A stretch of 64,000 nt of DNA from Sphyrna mokarran (taxonomy: Eukaryota), in the NCBI GenBank assembly GCA_024679065.1, contig JAGIQG010000010.1, forward strand, positions 61,876,001 through 61,940,000. Reading direction: 5' to 3'. How positions within the stretch are numbered: the first letter of the stretch is position 1; the number at the start of each line of letters is the position of its first letter. The position numbers were made by a program, and so were the translations under genes. The notes beneath the pieces were generated by a model that saw only the letters and a program-made list of their open reading frames with translations, searched no databases and was not told the DNA's origin. Shown here one piece after another: positions 11,923 to 23,350 of the stretch.

Positions 11923-13219
11923 AAATGAATTGATTGGGGATAGTCAGCATGGTTTCGTGAAGGGTAGGTCATGCCTTACTAACCTCATTGAGTTTTTTGA
12001 GAAAGTGACCAGAGAGGTGGATGGGGGTAAGGCGGTTGATGTAGTATATATGGACTTTAGTAAGGCTTTTGATAAGGTGGCCCATGGAAGACTTCTACAG
12101 AAAATGCAGATGTGTGGAATAGAGGGTGATTTAGCTAATTGGATTAGAAATTGGCTGGCAGATAGAAGACAGAGGGTGGTGGTTGATGGGAGATATTCAT
12201 CGTGGAGTTCGGTGACGAGTGGTGTGCCTCAGGGGTCTGTTTTGGGGCCCCTGCTGTTTGTAATTTTTATAAATGATCTGGATGAGGGTATTGAGGGATG
12301 GATCAGTAAATTTGCAGATGATACTAAAGTTGGTGGTGTGGTAGATAGTGAAGAGGGGTGTTTTAGTTTACAGAGTGACTTGGACAAGTTGCAGAGCTGG
12401 GCCGAGAGGTGGCAAATGGAGTTTAATGTGGAAAAGTGTGAGGTAATGCACTTTGGCAGGAACAATAAATGTGTAGAGTATAGGGCTAATGGTAGGGCTC
12501 TTAATAGTGTTGAGGAACAGAAGGATCTTGGTGTATGTGTCAATAGATCCCTGAAAGTAGGCAGTCAAGTGGATAAAGTTGTTAAGAAGGCATATGGAGT
12601 CTTAGCTTTTATTGGTAGGGGGATTGAATTTAGGAGCCGCAGCATCATGTTGCAGCTGTACAAAACTCTAGTGCGGCCGCACTTGGAGTATTGTGTGCAG
12701 TTCTGGTCGCCACATTATAAGAAAGATGTGGAGGCATTGGAGAGGGTACAGAGGAGGTTTACCAGGATGTTGCCTGGTATGGAGGGCAGGTCCTATGAAG
12801 AGAGGTTGAAGGATTTGAGGTTGTTTTCGTTAGAAAGGAGGCGGCTAAGGGGGGATCTTATTGAAACATATAAGATAATTAGAGGTTTGGATAGGGTGGA
12901 CAGTGATAGCCTTTTTCCTAGGATGGAAAAAGCTAGCACGAGGGGACACAACTTTAAATTAAGGGGTATGAGTTATAGGACGGATATCAGAGGTAGGTTC
13001 TTTACTCAAAGAGTGATTAGGGAGTGGAATGCCCTGCCTGCAGCTGTTGTAGATGCGCCAAGTTTGGTGGCGTTTAAGAGGTTAGTTGATAAGTATATGG
13101 ATGAGAAGGGAATGGTTTAGTTAGGAGGGGCATTGCTTTTTATTTTGGTCGACACAACATCGAAGGCCGAAGGGCCTGTTCTGTGCTGTATTGTTCTATG
13201 TTCTATGTTCTATGTTCTA
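11923..13219 (+). mobile_element. Young 5'-truncated CR1 LINE
   Basis: Uninterrupted RT C-terminal ORF, short 3' UTR, (GTTCTAT)n tail at 13193-13219, TSD TAGCTA (11882-11887 / 13218-13223). Confidence 0.95.
11930..13120 (+). CDS. CR1 ORF2 reverse transcriptase, C-terminal 396 aa (truncated, no endonuclease)
   Basis: QHGF, DFSKAFD, GVPQGSVLGP, FADDTK, RPHLEYCVQFWSP, LFSLERRRLRGDL motifs. The start is a truncation, not a real start codon. Confidence 0.9.
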   Translation: MIGDSQHGFVKGRSCLTNLIEFFEKVTREVDGGKAVDVVYMDFSKAFDKVAHGRLLQKMQMCGIEGDLANWIRNWLADRRQRVVVDGRYSSWSSVTSGVPQGSVLGPLLFVIFINDLDEGIEGWISKFADDTKVGGVVDSEEGCFSLQSDLDKLQSWAERWQMEFNVEKCEVMHFGRNNKCVEYRANGRALNSVEEQKDLGVCVNRSLKVGSQVDKVVKKAYGVLAFIGRGIEFRSRSIMLQLYKTLVRPHLEYCVQFWSPHYKKDVEALERVQRRFTRMLPGMEGRSYEERLKDLRLFSLERRRLRGDLIETYKIIRGLDRVDSDSLFPRMEKASTRGHNFKLRGMSYRTDIRGRFFTQRVIREWNALPAAVVDAPSLVAFKRLVDKYMDEKGMV

Positions 13220-13499
13220 GCTAGGGTGTAGGGTGATTCAACTTAATGCAAGGCAAGTCCATTCAAAAGTCTGACAGCAGCAGGGAAGAAGCTGCTCTTG
13301 AATTGGTTGGAAATGACCTCAGACTTTTGTATCTTTCTCCCGACAGAAGGTGAAGGGAGAATGTTCGGGATGCATGGGATCCTTAATTATGTTGGCTGCT
13401 TTGCTGAGACAGCGGGAAGTGTAGACAGAGTCAATGAGTAGGAGGCTGGTTTGCATGATGAATTGAGCTATGTTCACAATTTTTTGTAATTCCTGGTTG

Positions 13500-15690
13500 A
13501 CAAACCAAAAAGATACAGCTTCAGAAAGCTACAGAAGGATGAATATAAGTATGAAGTGATCCTCTTGGGTTGACAATGCTTACAGATGCTAAGCACAACC
13601 ACAATCGTTGACACAATCATTGGAACATCTAAACCCAGCAAGACTTATGAAAGGTGTGACTTTCTGCATGCACTAAGGAACTGCCTAGCTTTCCAGCATT
13701 CTGTAAGGCATATGGTAGGAAAGACCATTGGCAGCAACAGTGCACTAAAACAATGGTTGATGTAGATACAAAGAGCTGTGGACTGGTCCAAACAGAAACA
13801 ATGGATACCCTAAACAATAAGAGTGGCCATCTATTATCTCTTAAGGAACATATGCATGTGGCTATTGACAAATCAAAACATGACAAAGATGTGCCATTGA
13901 GAAAAAGAGCTCTGAACACATATTTCATGTTGACAATCTCTTGGAAAACAGAGACGTCATGTCACTGTCCAAAGTGTTTGCCCAGGCTCAAATGATTTGA
14001 CCTCAGAAAGCTGATGACTACTTGTTATTGACCAAGATTGATGCAGATGCAAATGTCAATATGCCACCCCTGCAAACTTAAAAAAAATTAAAAATTTTTT
14101 GGTATTGGAAGGCCAGGACAAAATCAACTAAAATACATTTGACTGATTCCATATACAGGATCCATAATGCTGGAGTGAAAGTACACTCAATCTTGCTGGA
14201 TGTCACAAATGTTCACATTATGGTGACTAAAGGCTTAGCAATCACAGGTTTATCAACATGCTGTGACCACACACTAGTGACAATTCATGAAATTAATTGC
14301 ACATCAACCTCAACAATGACACGTATCATCTCAGTTCACAACCTAACATTGTTATATCCAGAATGTTTTGACAAAGTGGCAGTTTCAAACTTGCTGAATC
14401 ATTACACTTGCTGGAGAATGCAAGCCCATCAATTAAAATGGTACATTTTGCACAGTCCAAATGCCACCAGCTGTGCAAAAAAACAACAAAAGATTCAACA
14501 CCACATAAACAATGAAAAACCATCATTGAAGGTTGGTTTGATTCAATTCAATGTGTCCATGATTGCCCGAGACATTTAGCCTAACTGAGAAGAGTTAGAA
14601 ATCTTCCAGTGCATCATCTTTAAATTCAGGCTGATCACAATTTTGTAATCTTTGTGATTTGATATTCTTCAACAACTTCATCTCTCATCCATGGGCATAA
14701 AGTGGATGGAAAGACTTGCAATACAGACATTGGCTAAGTATGAACAATCACAATGAAGCTGTTATCAAGAAGTATGAGGCATGTCAAGAGCATATACCAA
14801 GTAAGCACAAAGCATCATTGATTCTGCACGACATTCCTACCCAGCCTTGGTTCAAAATCTCACCTGGCCTCTTCCATGGTAAAGATTCCATTGTCATTTC
14901 AACTACTTTACCAAATATCCCATTATTTAACAATTGCACAATAATCAAGGATAACAATCACACACTGGAATTGCGATTATCATTTTATTTGGTGAGATTA
15001 TTAACATAATGTATTGGTAAACCATTTATTGGTAAGCCATAAGGTATTTGTGAAAAATGGAATATCAAATCGCACTACTTCTCTTCATTACCTAGGTCTA
15101 ACAGCCAAGTTGAAAAATGATTCAGAGGGTGATATCCTAATTCTCAAATGTAGACAAACCAAGATCTACACATTTCAATATTATATCTGAGAGTAACACC
15201 TTTATAAATGCAACTATTCTATCACTGGCAGAGCTTGTGTTTGGCAGATAGCTGCATACCAATCTATCTACTCTTATCCATTCCACTCTTTCAGGAATTA
15301 GAGAGAAACTCTTAAAACTACAAGTGAAGGTAACCAACTTGCATGATAAAAATGCAGTACAAAATTTCCTAATTCATAGTTAGGACAGGTTTGTATCCAA
15401 GATCCCACAGCAGGTTCATGGCAGCCAACTGATGTGACAAAAATTTGTTCAGAAACAAGTTCTTATGAAGTCATTCCACACAAAGTCATAATAGTAAGGC
15501 ATAACCAAGGACAAATCAGATCCTTTCTAGTTCTTCAACCAATATACAGTTCAATTGCATCTCAGACAAGATTCCAAATAAAACCAGGAATAACATCCAA
15601 GAATGAGCAATTGAAATTTCCAGATAATGTTGCCTTTGAAAGATTTGGGCATGTTAGCAGATTGCCTCGATATCTGAGACTCGTAAGGAC
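13500..15690 (+). mobile_element. Degraded, internally deleted Gypsy LTR retrotransposon (protease and integrase remnants)
   Basis: KIDADANVN protease-like motif near 14033; integrase zinc-finger/core remnant WLSMNNHNEAVIKKYEACQEH...HDIPTQPWFKI (14716-14880); HY-PRSNSQVEK-like motif near 15085-15120. Confidence 0.75.
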
Positions 15691-16523
15691 CATTTTCAGT
15701 GTGAGAACTTGGTAAAGCTGGGCGTGAGGCGAGTAGCGTGATCGACAACCGCCTTCCATGTCCATTTCCCCTTTACCAAGCATCTAAAAAGGCCGCAATC
15801 GGGACTGTGCCTGAAAGGGCATGCATTTAAATTGATTTAATAGCTGACAGCCAAATTTACCGTCATTTTCCCCTTTACCATCGTGTTCGCCTGTTCAGAT
15901 TCGGCACGAAATACATGTGGTCTGCAAAGGTCCGATTCGGGTGCTCCAGCAAGTGAGGTGGTAAGTTCAAAACTTCCAGCAGTTCCCTGAGTCAAATTGG
16001 TGTTAGTGGGGGAGGAGCAATGGGGTCAGATGGCTTTCTGGTGGGGTGAGAAAGGAGGCAGGATATATGGGTCTCTGAGCGGGGGGAGGAGGGAAGCAGA
16101 TCAGATGGCTCTCTAGTGGGGATTAAGAGGGTCTGCTGCCACTCTGCATGTGATCAGTGGGATGGAAGGAGGGGGCAGGCTGCTGCAATCCGCCTGAATT
16201 GTTGGGGGTGGGGGGGGGAGTGGGGATATAATGGGGTCAGTTATGTTTGGGATGGGGTAATGTCTGTAGGTGCTGTGGGGAGGTACTATCCATTCTGGGA
16301 GCAATATGGCAAGGGTGTGCTTTTTCTTACTGCACATGCGCAGTTGAAGACTCTGATCGGAGCTGCAGTGTTTTGGGCATGATAAGCCCAATTGCAGTCT
16401 TCTGCAGTGCAATTCAGAATCACTGCTTTTTTTTAGGCGGTTTGTGTATGGGAGTGCCTAAAAAATCAGATTTGAAACACTCGCAGATTCATCACTTAGA
16501 GGCAAAATGGTAAAATTGAGCCT
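15688..16523. mobile_element. Probable non-autonomous DNA transposon
   Basis: CpG-rich and G-rich block ending GGTAAAATTGAGCC, the same terminus type as the Harbinger-type MITEs; left TIR degraded. Confidence 0.45.
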
Positions 16524-16795
16524 ATTGATTAATGAATTCAATATATTAGTGCAATGATAATGTGCATGTATTGTAAATAGTTAAACTTCTTTGGAAGGGG
16601 AGAACATATCTTGAAAAAGGAAGTGAATGTTGTAATATGCCTTTCAGGTGTTGTAGCATGATATCACTAGAAGGGAAGTGTGTCATGCAATCCAGTTTTA
16701 GATTTGCTTTTGCATTTAAAAAAACACACACACATGCACATGCACACACACATGTAACTCTCAGAAGTTTTATGCTTCTGTATAAATATTTCCAT

Positions 16796-16918
16796 GGATG
16801 GGATTTTACAATCACACGTCCCAAAACTGGGAAATCCCACCACGGATCCACGACCTTTCCATGGTCTATCCCACGTCCTTTCCAATCCCCATGACAGATG
16901 GGACAGGAAAATTTCCCC
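16796..16918. mobile_element. MITE, same family as 739-856
   Basis: GGATGGGATTTTAC...GGAAAATTTCCCC termini; internal aaatccc...gacctttccatggtc shared with 739-856. Confidence 0.6.
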
Positions 16919-18324
16919 ATGTGTCTAGTCACAATATCTTTACACAATTGCCAATTTTTACATAATCATAAAAAAAGGATACCTAAATGCTGCCTGATCT
17001 TCTGAGTGTTTCCATCATATTCTCTGTTCGGTATTTCAGATATTTACGCTGCTAGTGCAGGATGACACAAAGATGTTTTGCATACCAAAATTGAACCCAA
17101 ATTTACTAACCTGTTATTGGTTTATAATGACAGCTTAGTGGAGATATTTTTCATTAACTTTACATAGAGAGAAATAAGTGTCCCAATAAATAACAACAGC
17201 AAATGCATTATGAGCCGAATGGAACTTTCAATATATCAATATGTAACAATTAACATTGCAAATTGGGCTATTAGTGTAACTACCCATGTAACTTTGCACT
17301 CTCAGACTATCATAGCTAATTATGCAGCATTGCATCCGGGACTGTTACTCATGAATATATTGTGAAAATATGAAAAGAAGATTTCATAAAAATTACAGTA
17401 GGAAGAACAATGGCCTTACAATTCACTTGTATTTTGTTTTAAGTAGCTGTAAATACAAAGTAGGTTTGCCAAAGAACCCAAAAAATTAAGAACGAGTTTG
17501 GTACCATTACTTCAGTTAGTTCAGCCATAACCTTAAGACCGTTCACACTGGCAGGATTTTCATCCTGCTGTAACAAATGGAGATTTGGCTGGCCACCAAA
17601 TTCTCCAAAGTCGCTGCAGCAGGAGCAGGGCATGAACAGCAAGTTAGATCAAGTGAGTTTCAAGTGGGGCAGCACTTATGACAGAACGTAGAAATTTATT
17701 TTACAACAAACAGTCTACTTACTCAGCAGGACTCACTTAAAGAATCTCTATAAAAAACAGCAGACAGATTTTAAGAAACATTTCCCAATGAAAACTTCTT
17801 CAGCAGTGAGTGGAGGGTATTACATAGCATAAATTGTAATGCATTATTGTATCCCAGTCACTTGTAATGTAATCTTTAGATGCAATTGATGGGGGAATTA
17901 GCAAATCAGTTTCATTCTGTCATCTCGGAAAACTGATATCATGATATGCAGCCAATAAAGAAAGGTTAACATTGCACACATCACCTGTCATTCGAACTTC
18001 ATTCTAGTTTTGTCCTTTGATGGGAGAGATAATATAAACTTTCAGAATGAAGGAATTAAACGAGAAGTTCCCATTTTCTAGTTCAAATGGCAAATCCTGT
18101 CTGGGAAAATAGAAGCATCCTTAAGAAGAACCTTAAACAGAATCTTCCATTCTGGAACACAGAGATGGGAAGAAGAAGCAGAAATGAGAGTGATTTCTGC
18201 ATGGGGACAGGGTGACTAACCACATGTGATCTTGCTCTGGTCAACTCATTAGAAATGCATATTTGAGGGGCTTGGTGAATCTTGCAGAGAGACAGGCAGG
18301 GAGTCATCACACTGGCCCTTACCA

Positions 18325-19860
18325 CAGGGGCTTGAAAATCAGGGTGTTTTATTTAAAGAGCACCAGACAGCTATTTACTACTGCAAGTCATTGGGCATCG
18401 CAGGACTTCCTGTTCTCTTGTGATGGCAGCAGGAGGCATTCCCGTCGGACCCCAATAGCCTGAATGGAGGTAGCAGAAGAAGACAACCCTAGTGGATCCC
18501 AGAGCGAACTTGGATGAAATGTCAAAAAAGGATCTTTTGTGCTATGCAAGTGGCGCCATCCAATCACTGCAAAGTGACACTTGTAGGAGCATCAGGCAGT
18601 ATAAATGTGCAGAATGGATGTGAGCTTTGAAGATCTCAGCAGCAGATGAAATGTGTGACCTGAGTGTGCAGCAGCCACTTGAACGTTGTACCATTTGTAG
18701 GACAGTGTGCTTGTCAATCACTGACTGGGGAGAGCTGGCATAGTTATATATGTTCATGCACCAATAGGGATGACACTCAATCTTTCTGTTTGCAGGAGAA
18801 AAATGCTCTCAACACGAGGAGTGCTCTGAGGCAGTAGTGATGTGCTGGATATTGGTATCCTCAGCTCATCTGAAGAGGAGGCTGTAGAACCAGCTAGAGG
18901 ATTGGGACTATGCCTCTACGGATGGCAATAAAGGACTTTTGCAGAAAACTAGTGAGAATGCCTCTAGGCCATATTGGCTAACGAAGGAAGGCATTAGATA
19001 AGGGGATTTGCAGCATCATCAGATAATGATTTCTCTTCTCTACCAAGTGCAAGCAAGCAGGTCGAGCAAAAGCAAAAATACCAACCCAAGCCCAGTTCCA
19101 CCTCCAACCCCACTATCAAAGATGATCACTTCTTAGTGGGTGCAGTATTAAGGTGTTTTGCTGCACCCTCAACCAGAGACACTCACCTTGGTAGGGACAT
19201 GTTGTAGAGTAGGCTCTGGGTCACAATCTGCTGAGCACATCACTGACACACCTCCACAGCTGGAAGAGAAAATGACAGCTGAGGAGGTTAGCTGGGGAGC
19301 AGAGTCCTGCTCAGTCTCATGCTGATGATAAGTGCCTGGACCTGGCATTAAGCAACATGCTGGAGGTGCAGAGATGGGAAAGGAAACATTAGACTGTGAT
19401 GTGAGAGGCTATGCACAGACTGGGCTGAAAGCTGGAGGAGTCCATCCATGTCTTGTCTGCTGTTGTGGCTCTGGTATTCGAGCGCTTGGCTGTCTTCATG
19501 TAAAGTGTAGTAGCCCAGATCACGTAGTGGCTGCCAATGATGTGCTCGGTCTGCTTTCCATCACTCTCACCATGGTTGCAGTACAATATTGGTTGGGTGA
19601 GAATAGGATGAAGCACCTCAACCTCCCTGTGCAGGTACTCCTTCTCCTCAAGGAGGCAGAGAGATGCCATCAACCCACCATAGAAAGGAGCAGAATTGAC
19701 CAGACATCTTGGGATCATCAATTCCATCAGTGCCCTGTTGCTTCACTTCCTCTCTATTAGTGACTGCATCCTGTCCCACAAGGTTGAGGAGGGTGCGCCT
19801 GAACCTGTGCAGGAGCCTTCTGAAATTTAGAATGCTAGAGTTCACCTGGCAAGTTCATTA
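18325..19860 (+). mobile_element. Degraded Harbinger-type element, possible Myb/SANT accessory-gene remnant
   Basis: Acceptor-like tctgtttgcAG followed by EKNALNTR.. and ILSSSEEEAVE-like remnants resembling the second exon of Harbinger Myb/SANT genes; no open frame. Weak recognition. Confidence 0.35.
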
Positions 19861-20189
19861 CAGTCAATGAAGCAAATTTCCTGTACTTTGGCTGGCGAAG
19901 TTGGGACCACACATTGACATATCAATAAAAGGAAGATGAAGACAGTTTGAAGGCGGACAGGTAATATAGGCATCCAATCACTGTACCTATGATTCACAAT
20001 TCTAAATAACTGTTTCTTGCAGCCATTTTAGGTTTTTTGCATTTGGATTCTGCTACTAGTTGCTCAAAGATTGAGGGGATTTAAGGTATTGCACATTATT
20101 CTCCATTAGATACCAAATATATGGTTCTGCTGATACACTATTTATTGTCTCACACTTCCAGGAATTTCATCATAGAGTATTCTGACATG

Positions 20190-21346
20190 ATCATTTTTAA
20201 GCCTTGGATCAAACATGGGCAAAAGGACTGAAATTCAGATTTGAAGTGAAAGGGATTGTCATTGACATCAAGAAGCACTGGCACTGGAGTCAATGTGAAT
20301 CTGGGAACGCTGGTTGGAGTCATACGTAGCACAAAGGAAGATGGTTTGGTTGTTGGAGGTCAGTGATCTCAGTCCTAGAATACTATTGCAGGAGTTCTTT
20401 AAGATAGCACCGTAGGCCCATCCATCTTCAGCTGCTTCATTAATGGCCTTTTCTCAATCACAAGGTCAGAGTGGGGATGTTCTCTGATTGCACAAAGTTC
20501 AGTGCCATTTGTGACTCCTCAGATACGAAAACAGCCCACGCCAAATGCAGCAAGAATTAAATAGTATCCAGCCTTGTGTTGACAAGTGAAAGTAACATTT
20601 GTGCCAGACAAATGCCATGCAATGGCCATTTCCAACAAGAGAGAATCTAACCATTGATCTTTGGCAATCAATGGCATCACCATTGCTGAATTCCCCACTA
20701 TCAACATCCTGAGGGCTTCCATTGACCAGAAACTAAACAGGATATAGATTTAAATTCCCTGGCAACAAGAGCAGGTCAGAAGTTAAGAATCCTGTGATGA
20801 GTAACTTACCTCCTTACAGTCCAAAGCCTATCCATCATCTACAAAGTAACAGTGTATTGGAATATTTTCCACTTTCCTGGATGAATGCATCTTCAATAAT
20901 ATTCAAGAAGTTCAACACCATTCAGAACAAAAAAGCCCACTTGATTGGCACCCCATCCATACATATACACTCCTTCCAACAACGAAGCAAGCAGTAACAA
21001 CGTGTACTATCTACAAAGCGCACAACAGAAATTCACCTGGCCTCCTCCGACAGCACCTTCCACACCCAAAACCACTGCCATCCAGAAGGATAAGGGCAGC
21101 AAGTACCTGAGAATACCACTACCTGGAAATTCCCCTCTTAGCAACTTACCATCCTGATTTGGAACTACATCGCCATTCCTTCAATGTTGTCCAAACAAAA
21201 TACTGGAACTCCCTCTCTAATGGCACAGTGTACTGACACCAGAGGGACTGCAACAATTCAAGAAAGCAGCTCACTACCACATTTCAACAGCAATTAGAGA
21301 TGGGAAATGAATGCTGGCCTATCCCAGGAATGAACTAACAAAAAAA
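20190..21346 (+). mobile_element. CR1-group LINE 3' fragment (family of 52455-55274)
   Basis: Degenerate RT C-terminus (gtaggcccatccatcttcagctgcttcattaat; WQVTFVPDKC-like), 3' end caattagagatgggaaatgaatgctggcc plus A-rich tail. Confidence 0.8.
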
Positions 21347-21429
21347 TAGTTGTGAACATGCAGCCTAGGCATGCATCAGGCACCCCAGCAACTCTTGCTC
21401 ATCCAGTTTTTGAACCCTCTGTGAATTAT

Positions 21430-21530
21430 CTTGAAACATTGGCTCTATTCTCTCTCTAGAGATACTATCAGATCTGCTGAGATTTTCCAGCTTTTTCTGT
21501 TTTTGTTCCAACATCCACAATATTTTGCTT
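21430..21530 (+). mobile_element. Single arm of the PLE-type hairpin repeat (family of 4686 and 31548)
   Basis: cttgaaacattggctctattctctctc...gatctgctgagattttccagc...tgtttttgtt; other single arms near 16985-17040 and 30775-30885. Confidence 0.6.
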
Positions 21531-22714
21531 TAATATTATGTTAAAATGTAGGTGGCATACAATTGACATGTAATCGTGCCATGACTTGCCTAAATTCATA
21601 GGGTTGCCCCTTACTTTACATGGATACTTCAGTCACCCCTCAGTCTCTTCAGGTTATGATTGCAAACGATGGGAAATGGTCCAGATTCAAATAAGTAACA
21701 AAGTCCACCACATTTTAACTGACCATTCAGGTGAGTAGGGTTAATATTTAACTTTGTGTTTTTGCATAAACTGTCCAGCATCCACTCAAGGTTAACCCAG
21801 TCCTGGTTTTATTTTCCCACACAGAAGTATCCCAACAACAGTCTAGCTGAGAACTGATTAAATTTATCAAAGGTTTGGCAGATAGACTGAAAAACTGATG
21901 GTGTCAAGAATAAATGTAGTAACAATCAAGCGGTCAAACATTTTGCTGCCTATTGCCAGGCAATCCAAGGCAAAGCTTAAACATATTCATGGGTTTTCAC
22001 ACTGGTCTACGATTCACTACCTCTGTCAGCCTGACAATGAAAGCAATCCAGTAGGTTGTTCATAAGGTTTCTATTTGTCAATGTATAATACCGTAACAGG
22101 CTGAATTAACCTTTACATGTGAGGTGCAATGTTTCTTTAAATGACTGGATAGTCACAGAACATTTATTTAGAGGGTGCACAGCCCAGGAGCTCAATAAGG
22201 AGTCCTCTTCTGTAAGTAACTTGCATTGGAGGTATACTTTACAGTTATAAAGAGTCTGGGCTTTGATATTCTGCTTTAACAGAATTGGTGTGCATCTTTG
22301 GAGGGAGAGACGTCTGCCTGTCAGAAAAGTTCTCTGGACTCTAGTCATTCAAACATCTTTTTGGAATCACTGCTTCTGCCAGCTAGTCTGCCAGAAATAA
22401 GGAAGGAGATTGTGTTCAACAGGCCTCAGGTGATGTGACCAGCACTAGTAGCTTGTCCAATTATATGTATGAGGCACAAGAATTAATTTCCAAAGATCCT
22501 TGGGCCTTTTGATTCAGATACATAATGCTGAATCTAGGCCCCAAAGTGTGCCAGATTAATGTGCACCTTGTAATTTTTTTTGATAGTGAGGATAGGTAAC
22601 TAAAACTGCCAGAAAAAACCGATAGCATCTCTTGTTTTATAAATAAAGCCAAGGAATACAAATCCAATTAGATAATGGAAAATTTGGATGAAACACTGGG
22701 TGGATGTTCAGTCA

Positions 22715-23350
22715 ACATCTTTGGTGTTACCACTGAACAGAAACTCAACTGGATTTGCCACATAAACACAGTAGCTACAAAAGCAGAGCAGGTCTGAGGC
22801 TAGGAATACTGTGGCGACTAACTCATCTCCAGACTCACGAAAGCCTATCTACCATCTACAAGGCACAAGTCAGGAGGGTGATGGAATACTCCCCGCTTGC
22901 TTGGATGGATGTAGATCCAACAACACAAGAACAAAGCAGCTCTCTTAATTAGCACCACATCTACAAATATTCAATTCCTCCACCACTGATGTTCAGTAAC
23001 AGCAGTGTCTACTATCTAAAAGATTTACTGAAGCAATTCACCAAAGATCCTTAGTCAGCGTCTTCCGAACCCATGACCACCAAGGACAAGGACAGCAAAT
23101 AAATGGGACACCACCACTTACAAGTTCCCCTCCAAGCCATTCACCATCCTGATTTGGAAATATATTACCATTCCCTTATTAGTCGCTGAGTTAAAATCCT
23201 GGCATTTGCTCCCTAATAGCATTGTGGATCAACTCACAGAACATGGACTGCAGCGATTCAAGAAAGCAGTTCATCACCACCTTCTCAAGGGCAATTAGGG
23301 ATGGGCAATAAATGCTGGCCAGCCAGCAACACCCATGAATGAATAAAAAA
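22715..23350 (+). mobile_element. CR1-group LINE 3' fragment (family of 52455-55274)
   Basis: ORF 22755-22952 RAGLRLGILWRLTHL...TIYKAQVRRVMEYSPLAWM; 3' end ctcaagggcaattagggatgggcaataaatgctggcc...atgaatgaataaaaaa. Confidence 0.85.

Larger units (their letters stand above)
11835..13490 (-). mobile_element. Rex1/Babar-like LINE 3' fragment split by the young CR1 (11835-11887 and 13218-13490)
   Basis: Both pieces match the reverse complement of the element at 59385-59600 and join at TAGCTA. Confidence 0.65.

Noticed and set aside
11930-13120. 396-aa RT ORF as a domesticated gene or prokaryotic retron/DGR-type system
   Set aside because: It is the C-terminal part of CR1 ORF2 with tail and TSD, nearly identical to another copy; openness reflects youth.
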